Virus record (IMG/VR): IMGVR_UViG_3300020473_000015
Source: a virus
DNA: 64,000 bases
Direction: 5' to 3' (one strand)
Under the pieces are notes generated by a model that saw only the letters and a list, made by a program, of their open reading frames with translations, was not told the origin of the DNA and ran no database searches. Each line of letters begins with the position of its first letter. Within the stretch, counting starts at the first letter, position 1. The position numbers and the translations under genes are program-made. Positions 33,527-40,550 of this stretch are shown here, piece by piece.

Positions 33527-33832
33527 ATGATAACTAATATTCTCAACACTTTGTTAATTTTTTCTCTAGTAATTTTCAGTCTCTCTGACTGTGCTACAAC
33601 AATGTACCTTGTATATGGAGAACATGCACGAGAAATTAATCCAATCCTAAAGCACGCTCTAGATATTGGCCCGTGGGCTTTTATTTTTGCAAAAATTGTT
33701 TTTACTACAATTTCTACTGTTATATTTTGGGCCTTGAAAGAGGAAAAAATAACTACCCCACTATTATTATTGTTAAATTACATTTATTTAACAGAAGTGC
33801 TTTATCAATATAAAATAATTTGTAACATCTAA
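33527..33832 (+). CDS. Membrane protein (DUF5658-like)
   Basis: SLSDCATT...EINP...F.KI pattern, three TM segments. Confidence 0.65.
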   Translation: MITNILNTLLIFSLVIFSLSDCATTMYLVYGEHAREINPILKHALDIGPWAFIFAKIVFTTISTVIFWALKEEKITTPLLLLLNYIYLTEVLYQYKIICNI

Positions 33833-33840
33833 TATAAGCT

Positions 33841-33850
33841 AACTATTTAT
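33841..33850 (+). promoter_or_regulatory. Putative late-promoter motif AACTATTTAT
   Basis: Four bases before ATG 33855, no SD. Confidence 0.55.
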
Positions 33851-33854
33851 ATGC

Positions 33855-35552
33855 ATGAAGCATTTATTTGAGAATTGGCGCCAATATGTTAACGAGGATG
33901 TTGTAGATTTAGCCTCTCGCCGCAAAAAATCCGAAAAAGAATTTGTTTTTACAGACGCAGAACTTAATAGCCTTAATGACGCAATTGCTAGAGTTATTGA
34001 TGGCGCTAAAAAAGTTCTTGGCGCTGATGGTGAAACTCCATTCTTAAGTCCAGATTCATTAGAAAAAATTGAACTTGCACAACCAATGAGAATGGTCGCA
34101 GAGCAAACAGATGAAGAGCTTGGAATAACCCCATTTCAATCTTCACAAGCCTCTCCAGAACAAATGGCCCTTAGAAAACAATATTATGGACCAGAAGGAG
34201 AATTGACCAAAGGTGGACCTAAAGCAGTCAGAGGCTTAGAAAAAGGTTTAGGTCAAATGTCAGCAGAGGAATTTGAAGAAGCGGGATATGTTATTAAAGT
34301 TCCTCAAAGTGTTTTAAATGATTTTGGACAATTGGTTGAAAGCACAAAAGAAACCGCAGGTTTGTTTGAAGAAGCTAGAGATTGGTATCACAACATACGT
34401 GGATTGCTCGATAGAGAGACAGAGAACGACCGTGACAGCGCTTTATTAGGTCTTTTGATTGCTACCTACTCTCCACGCGCTAAGTTCGCTCTAAACCTCG
34501 CTGAAGCCGTCTTTATGTACAAAGCTGTACAAAGAGATGCACAGAATAATCCAGAAGGCTTAAGACAATATCTAGAAACATTTCCTGGATCTGAAAAAAG
34601 AGAACCAGGATCTTTTAGGGGTTTTACGGGTGCGCACAAAGTACCAAATTTCGCCCTTAATCTAGTTGCACCAAACTTAGCTGGTGAAAAAAGCGAGTTT
34701 GGAGATATTGTTTATAATGATCTCTATGAGTGGAATTCTACAATTGATACTTGGATGATAGACGCTTTTTATCCTTCGCTAAGAAAAGCATCAACAGCAA
34801 AAGAATGGGAAGGCATAAAAGGTAAATTAATGTCTAATGTAGTTTCTTATCGATATATGGCTAGATTAGTTGCAAAAGAAGCAAAAAATTTAAATTTATT
34901 GCCACATGAACTTCAAGCTTTAATTTGGGTTGCATCTCAAATTAGACAAACCGGTGAAGCAGGTTTAGGAGTGACTACACAATTTGCTTTTGATCAAATT
35001 AGAGAAGCAATAACGAACATTGCTGAGATTAATAATGATCTGCGCGCCCTTAAAGATCTAGAAGAGAAAGATTGGCTAGGTACAATTATTAGTACAATTG
35101 ATGTTGATGGTTTTGAAGAAGCAGCGAAATATCTTTTAGGAATTAAAGATGAGAAAGGGAAAATAACTACTCCCGGAATTAGGAGTATTACTGCCAGTGG
35201 AAAGAAAGGCTCAATGTTTGACTATTTCCCTGCCCCAGAGAAAGTGGAAAAACCAAAAGGGCCCAAAAAGGCTAAAAAGGCTAGCGCTCCGAAAGAAAAA
35301 GTAATGAAGCCATATGAAAATCCTGAATATGGGGATTTAAATGCGCACTATGTAATGAATAGTGTTATTCAGATGCCAACTGGTAAATTTAATAACCTAT
35401 ATGACTCCATAACTCTTTATTTGGATCCTGAATTTTCTACAGATAAAGCTGTAGAGCATATTTTAGGAAGGTTTGATCCCGAAGCGAAAGCTTCGAAAGA
35501 TTATTTTAAAGAAAATAAAATAAGAGTATTTATCCGTAAACGTTTATTATAG
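33855..35552 (+). CDS. Leader class B protein with putative DNA-glycosylase-like helical domain
   Basis: MKHLFENWRQYVNE; DWY...ATYSPR...HKVPNF...IDTWM...ELQALIW pattern. Confidence 0.7.
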   Translation: MKHLFENWRQYVNEDVVDLASRRKKSEKEFVFTDAELNSLNDAIARVIDGAKKVLGADGETPFLSPDSLEKIELAQPMRMVAEQTDEELGITPFQSSQASPEQMALRKQYYGPEGELTKGGPKAVRGLEKGLGQMSAEEFEEAGYVIKVPQSVLNDFGQLVESTKETAGLFEEARDWYHNIRGLLDRETENDRDSALLGLLIATYSPRAKFALNLAEAVFMYKAVQRDAQNNPEGLRQYLETFPGSEKREPGSFRGFTGAHKVPNFALNLVAPNLAGEKSEFGDIVYNDLYEWNSTIDTWMIDAFYPSLRKASTAKEWEGIKGKLMSNVVSYRYMARLVAKEAKNLNLLPHELQALIWVASQIRQTGEAGLGVTTQFAFDQIREAITNIAEINNDLRALKDLEEKDWLGTIISTIDVDGFEEAAKYLLGIKDEKGKITTPGIRSITASGKKGSMFDYFPAPEKVEKPKGPKKAKKASAPKEKVMKPYENPEYGDLNAHYVMNSVIQMPTGKFNNLYDSITLYLDPEFSTDKAVEHILGRFDPEAKASKDYFKENKIRVFIRKRLL

Positions 35553-35593
35553 AGTATGTTATTATGTAAGCATTAGATTTCTTTGGAGGGAAA

Positions 35594-36589
35594 ATGTTTG
35601 CAGATATTATTGTTGACTTACAATATGGAGATTGCGGAAAAGGAAAAGTAACACACGCTCTGTGTAAGAGGGGAAACTACACACATGTTATTAGATACAA
35701 TGGGGGATGTAATGCTGGTCATACAATCTTCCACAATGGGCATAAGTTCGTTACTCACCATATCCCTGCAGGAGTTTTTTTCAATATTAAGTCCATTATT
35801 GGCTCTGGCTGTGTACTCAATGTTAGCCAGTTTTTTAAAGAAATAAAAGAATTAGAAGATGGTGGAATTAAGACAGAAGGTCTTATTTATGTTGCAAAAA
35901 ATGCTCATATTATTACACAAGATCACCTTGATGAAGACGGGAAAGATACAGCGATTGGGACAACTAAGAGAGGAAATGGACCAGCTTATCGCGATAAGTA
36001 TGATAGAAAAGGCTTGAGAGCAAAAGACATTCCAGAACTTCGACCATATTTAATTGATCTATATGAAGAACTTCATATAAAAAATAAAGACTCAATAGTA
36101 TTATTTGAAGGCGCTCAAGGTTTTGGATTAGATATTGATTGGGGTGATTATCCTTACGTAACTTCTTCCAATTGTATTTCCGCTGCAGCATGTATGAATG
36201 CAGTTCCTCCACGAAATATTCGTCATATTTGGGGGGTGGCTAAGGCATATGAAACATATGTTGGAGCAAAAGAGTTTCAACCAAAGGGCGAAATATTTAA
36301 TAAAATCCAAGAAGTTGGTGAAGAATATGGAGCAACTACGGGCAGAAAACGTCAAGTTAATTGGATGGATATAAATTTTTTAAAAAAAGCAATTCAAATA
36401 AATGGTGTAACACATTTAGTTTTTAATAAGATGGATGTATTAACAGAAATAGAAAGTTGGTCATTGGTTGAAAATGACACGATGAAACGCTTTGATTCTG
36501 AAAAAGGCTTTACAGAATTTATTTTAAAATATCTCGTCCCCCAGAGATTACATCAAGTTCATTTTTCCCGCCATAAAGATAAGATCTAA
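35594..36589 (+). CDS. purA: Adenylosuccinate synthetase, short form
   Basis: QYGDCGKGK, GGCNAGHT, GTTKRGNGPAY, FEGAQG, DYPYVTSS, GATTGRKR, NKMDVL. Confidence 0.95.
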   Translation: MFADIIVDLQYGDCGKGKVTHALCKRGNYTHVIRYNGGCNAGHTIFHNGHKFVTHHIPAGVFFNIKSIIGSGCVLNVSQFFKEIKELEDGGIKTEGLIYVAKNAHIITQDHLDEDGKDTAIGTTKRGNGPAYRDKYDRKGLRAKDIPELRPYLIDLYEELHIKNKDSIVLFEGAQGFGLDIDWGDYPYVTSSNCISAAACMNAVPPRNIRHIWGVAKAYETYVGAKEFQPKGEIFNKIQEVGEEYGATTGRKRQVNWMDINFLKKAIQINGVTHLVFNKMDVLTEIESWSLVENDTMKRFDSEKGFTEFILKYLVPQRLHQVHFSRHKDKI

Positions 36590-36597
36590 CTATTTAT
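36588..36597 (+). promoter_or_regulatory. Putative late-promoter motif AACTATTTAT
   Basis: Five bases before ATG 36603. Confidence 0.55.
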
Positions 36598-36602
36598 TGC
36601 GT

Positions 36603-39305
36603 ATGAATTACGTAATAAATAATAATACTTCTTACGACCTTCAAAAATTAGAACAACTAGCAAGAGAATTTCTCCCCTTCGCTCAAAAAAGAATGGGGTT
36701 TAATAGACCTCCTGTAATTAATTTTGATTCGGATGAAGAAAACTCTTTAAACCCTCTAGGCAAAACTGGATATTATAGCCCTTCAGAAATGGCTATTACT
36801 ATAATGGTCGACAACCGACATATTAAAGATATTTTAAGATCTTTATCTCATGAATTAGTACACCACAATCAAAACTGTCGTGGAGACTTTAATAGAGAAT
36901 TTTCTACTAATCCTGGTTATGCTCAAAATAACGAATTTTTAAGAGGAATGGAAGACGAGGCTTACAGAGAGGGAAACTTTTGTTTGCGAGATTGGGAAGA
37001 TGGTATTAAATTGTCTGAAACAAAGAAGAATCAGCTTAATGAGACTATTTATAAACGTACCTTCATAAAAGGAGAGGTTAGCATGTCAACAAAACAATGG
37101 AAAGACAAAGAACTAAACAGCTTATTAATGGAAAAATGGGGATACAAACTCCCAGAAGCAGAAGAAAAATTAGAAGAAGATCTTCAACCTGCAATGAATC
37201 TTAGAGATTATAGTACTGCAGAAAAAGTTTTAGGCGAAAACGACGAAGAAGATTCCGACGAAGAAGTGACAGTAGAAGAAAGCACTAACCCTCTAAGCGT
37301 TGAAAATCGCACAAAAAACAATAAACCCGTCAAAGAATCAAAAAAAAAAAGTCTAAATAAAACAACGCTCTCCTATAGTGAAAAAATCCTACAAGAAAAA
37401 TTAAACAATAGAGATCCATTCTTTCTCTTTAACAATTGGAAATCCAATGAACCAAGTCTTTTAAAGGAATCTGGTGCTGTTGGAAAAGTTGCTAGCGAGG
37501 CTTTCGAGTGGGCCATGAAAAAGTCTGGAGGGGTTTCTGATATTGTTCCAGGTCTTGGGAAGGTTGGGAGAACCCAGTTGACGAAAGTGGACAATGCGCG
37601 AATTGATAAAATTGTTGGAGAAGGATTTGACGAGGCCCTAAAAAAAGGCAATTTAGATAAGATCAGAAATATGTGGGATAGCACTAAAAGACAATTGACT
37701 GATGATGCTCTAAAAAGTGGGGCTGGTAAAGAATTGGTAGATGACATTGTGGAGGCCTTGTCAAAAGATGCCAATGAAGTTTTTAAGAAAGCAGTAAAAA
37801 CCGACGCATTTAAAGAGATAATGGCAAAAAGTATTGCCCAAAGGGCCGATGATATCGCCACTAACAAAGAACTGTTTGAGGTGGCCGCAAACAAAATTAA
37901 AAAAAGCAATATTAAGCTCTCAAACTTAGATGAGGCAGATAGAATAGCAGCAATAAGAGGAAAACTGGGTGATGACGCGGCCGATGCCCTTGGGGACGAT
38001 GGCTTAAAGGCACTTGCAAAATCTGCAGATGACGTTGCTGATGCTGCCGATGATGCTGCTAAGGCTGCCGATGATGCTGCTAAGGCTGCCGATGATGCTG
38101 CAGAAGAAGTTGGAGGGGCCGCTGGAAAAACAGATGAGATTGCAGATGCAGGGAAGGCGGCCCAAAAAGCCGCCGATGATATGATGGATCGCGCAATGAA
38201 GTCAGCGGACGAGGTTCTTAAAAAGGGTAGAGTAAGAGCAAGATTAGATGAAAAAATTAAGGGTTGGGCAAAAGATACAGGAACCAGTAAAAAGAATTTA
38301 CGTTGGAACACTGAAGAATTTTTAAAAGGAAATCCAGGTCTTCAAAGAATTAAAGAACTTAATAAGTTTACAGATGATCAGTGGGATGAATTCATTGAAC
38401 AATTAGCCAAAAAGGAAACAAGAGGAGTCATTACTCGGTTCAGACATATTCTTAGCCAATGTAAGGGGCTTGCGAGAACTCCAGCATGCCTTACCGCTGC
38501 CAGCGTCTTGGGGGTGTTTGGTGTAGGTGCTACTGATACGTTAACGAGTGGTGAGGGAGATATTGGTGGAGGCTCTGGTGGAGGTTCTGGTGGAGGTTCT
38601 GGTGGAGGTTCTGGTGGAGGTTCTGGTGGAGGTTCTGGTGGAGGCGTTGCACCGACAGAAAAACAAAAACTAAATGACCTTTGGAGCAGGTGCCAACAAT
38701 CTAGTGGATGGGACTCAGAAGCTTGTCGAATATATCTTAGAGCTAAAAGTAATTTTGACAATAATATTGAAATAAGGGAACCATGGCCAAGTAGTGGATC
38801 TGATCGTCGGGCTGGTCGACCAACGCCGCGTGGCAAATTACCAAAAGCTGGAGATGCAGTACCGGGAATTCCCGGTGAAGTCTGGCCACATAAAAATGAG
38901 TGGGTCGGCTGGAGTTCGATGAAAGTTATAAGAAGACTCAGAGAACTTGGATTTGAATATGATAGTAGTAAAACTGCTGGTGGTTGGTGGAGAGCTTTAC
39001 CTCGTATGCACCCTGCAAGAGTGGCATATAGAACGTTCTGGAAAAAGGGCGCGGGGGCAAGAAGAAGAAAGAAGAGAAGAGACCCTCAAGAGATTGCAGC
39101 AGAGATGGACTCCAGACCTGATGCATATTGGGCCTCCGGGAAGGCAAAACACATTGTACCAAGCGAGCTAAACCCCCGAGAAAGGGCGTTAGTTCAAAAC
39201 TATACAGGAAAAACTTTCCCTGCAGGACAATCTGTAAGAAGAAGTGACTGGGCTGAAGAATTGAAAGCTGCAAAAGCAGAACATAAGAGATTTAACCCCA
39301 AATAA
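36603..39305 (+). CDS. Large protein: N-terminal zincin-like domain (HELVH), Ala/Asp-rich helical body, TM-like segment, GGGS linker, GGWWR domain
   Basis: ORF 36597..39305; LSHELVHHNQ; AADDAAK repeats; CLTAASVLGVFGVG; (GGGS)6. Confidence 0.8.
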   Translation: MNYVINNNTSYDLQKLEQLAREFLPFAQKRMGFNRPPVINFDSDEENSLNPLGKTGYYSPSEMAITIMVDNRHIKDILRSLSHELVHHNQNCRGDFNREFSTNPGYAQNNEFLRGMEDEAYREGNFCLRDWEDGIKLSETKKNQLNETIYKRTFIKGEVSMSTKQWKDKELNSLLMEKWGYKLPEAEEKLEEDLQPAMNLRDYSTAEKVLGENDEEDSDEEVTVEESTNPLSVENRTKNNKPVKESKKKSLNKTTLSYSEKILQEKLNNRDPFFLFNNWKSNEPSLLKESGAVGKVASEAFEWAMKKSGGVSDIVPGLGKVGRTQLTKVDNARIDKIVGEGFDEALKKGNLDKIRNMWDSTKRQLTDDALKSGAGKELVDDIVEALSKDANEVFKKAVKTDAFKEIMAKSIAQRADDIATNKELFEVAANKIKKSNIKLSNLDEADRIAAIRGKLGDDAADALGDDGLKALAKSADDVADAADDAAKAADDAAKAADDAAEEVGGAAGKTDEIADAGKAAQKAADDMMDRAMKSADEVLKKGRVRARLDEKIKGWAKDTGTSKKNLRWNTEEFLKGNPGLQRIKELNKFTDDQWDEFIEQLAKKETRGVITRFRHILSQCKGLARTPACLTAASVLGVFGVGATDTLTSGEGDIGGGSGGGSGGGSGGGSGGGSGGGSGGGVAPTEKQKLNDLWSRCQQSSGWDSEACRIYLRAKSNFDNNIEIREPWPSSGSDRRAGRPTPRGKLPKAGDAVPGIPGEVWPHKNEWVGWSSMKVIRRLRELGFEYDSSKTAGGWWRALPRMHPARVAYRTFWKKGAGARRRKKRRDPQEIAAEMDSRPDAYWASGKAKHIVPSELNPRERALVQNYTGKTFPAGQSVRRSDWAEELKAAKAEHKRFNPK
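37043..37052 (+). promoter_or_regulatory. Late-promoter motif inside the ORF, followed by SD and in-frame ATG 37083
   Basis: GACTATTTAT, AAAGGAGAGG at 37068-37077, ATG 37083. Confidence 0.55.
38043..38101 (+). repeat. 21-bp coding tandem repeat (AADDAAK) x about 3
   Basis: gctgccgatgatgctgctaag repeated. Confidence 0.9.
38565..38645 (+). repeat. 12-bp coding tandem repeat (GGGS)6
   Basis: One ggtggaggctct plus five ggtggaggttct, then ggtggaggc. Confidence 0.95.
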
Positions 39306-39317
39306 GGATAATAGACA

Positions 39318-40541
39318 ATGAAAAATTCCAAAGATCAACTAACGGAACAAGAGATAAAAAAAATAATCAAAGAAGTTCTTTTAGAAAATCCTGAATTGTT
39401 AGAAGAGTGGGGCATGCCGTCTTGGAAGGATGTTAAGCGCACCTTTAAAAGAGCACAAAATGCGCCGCGATATTGGGCTGGAAGAGCCGCCAATAAAGTC
39501 TATGACTTGACTCAGGGCCCTGCGCCCGACTCAGTATTACAAAGAGGTGGTGGAAAGGTAGATATACCAGCGAGCAAAAAAGAACAAGAAGCTCGAAGAA
39601 AATATAAACTTGCGGACAAAAAATGCGCACAGACGGGCGATCCGAAAGATTGCGCAGAAGCGAAAAAGTTGTTAAAGAAAGCACACGCCATCGCTCAAGG
39701 CGATACGCGTAAAGGCGGGTTCGAGAGAACAGAATGGCACGGCAATTGGAAAGATATAGACATTGCAGGTGGAAAGGGGATAGGATGGCGCACTAGTGGT
39801 GGGTTTACCTCAAAGGACAGATATAAGGACGAGACAGAAGACACGCTACAGACCGCTAAAGCTGCAACTGCAATTGCTGCACTTGGAGGCGCAGGGATGG
39901 TTGCTAAACTTGCCCCGGGCATGCTAGCAAAAGGGCCAACCGTTGGAAAGATAATGTCTATTAATCCCATGCAACATGTATTTAGAAAAATGGGTATGAA
40001 TGAAAAATTTGCATCTATTGCAACACTTTTGTTTGATGCTGGTATTGGATTTTCTGAACAGTGGTTTTGCGGATTGAACATTAAAGGAGTTAGAATATAT
40101 GACGATATTTTAAAACATGTAGATCCAGTGCACTATCTTGCCATAATTCCATTGCAGAGGGCATGGCCTGGAGGCAACACAGGGCAATTATTCAGTAGAG
40201 ATATAAAATTTGGCGGGAATGTACCAATTGACTGGACTAATGAAAAGCAAGTGAATTCATTATATGACCATATCAATCAATCAATGATGAATGATGAAGA
40301 TCGAGAAGCTGCTAGAAACCTCAGAGACGATATTACACAGAAAGTTGCACAGTTAAATCGCCTTGCACAAGAAGAAAATATGTGCCCAAAGGCTTATGAA
40401 AAATTGATGCAAATTAAAGGCGCGCAAGAAGAATTAGCAAAAATTATTGGAAAGAATATAGAAAAAGAGACAGAAAAAAATCAGAAAGATTTAGATAAAA
40501 GAAAAAATATTCTGAAAAGACTGAAGGGCAATAACCAATAA
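39318..40541 (+). CDS. Leader class A variant protein with Ala/Gly-rich hydrophobic segments
   Basis: EIKKIIKEVLLENPELLEE; AATAIAALGGAGMVAKLA. Confidence 0.75.
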   Translation: MKNSKDQLTEQEIKKIIKEVLLENPELLEEWGMPSWKDVKRTFKRAQNAPRYWAGRAANKVYDLTQGPAPDSVLQRGGGKVDIPASKKEQEARRKYKLADKKCAQTGDPKDCAEAKKLLKKAHAIAQGDTRKGGFERTEWHGNWKDIDIAGGKGIGWRTSGGFTSKDRYKDETEDTLQTAKAATAIAALGGAGMVAKLAPGMLAKGPTVGKIMSINPMQHVFRKMGMNEKFASIATLLFDAGIGFSEQWFCGLNIKGVRIYDDILKHVDPVHYLAIIPLQRAWPGGNTGQLFSRDIKFGGNVPIDWTNEKQVNSLYDHINQSMMNDEDREAARNLRDDITQKVAQLNRLAQEENMCPKAYEKLMQIKGAQEELAKIIGKNIEKETEKNQKDLDKRKNILKRLKGNNQ

Positions 40542-40550
40542 GAGGATAAA

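Noticed and set aside
35594-36589. PurZ (2-aminoadenine, Z-genome) synthase
   Set aside because: The catalytic position reads GDCGKGK with Asp as in PurA, whereas PurZ has Ser (GSxGKG). The TTGRKR motif is also PurA-like.
37373-38311. 312-aa minus-strand ORF
   Set aside because: Antisense shadow of the Ala/Asp/Lys-rich coding strand, low-complexity Ser/Ala product, no SD or promoter.
38565-38645. Synthetic linker / vector contamination
   Set aside because: The GGGS repeat is in frame within a native-looking ORF whose downstream domain has a paralogue at 29509. No vector features are nearby.
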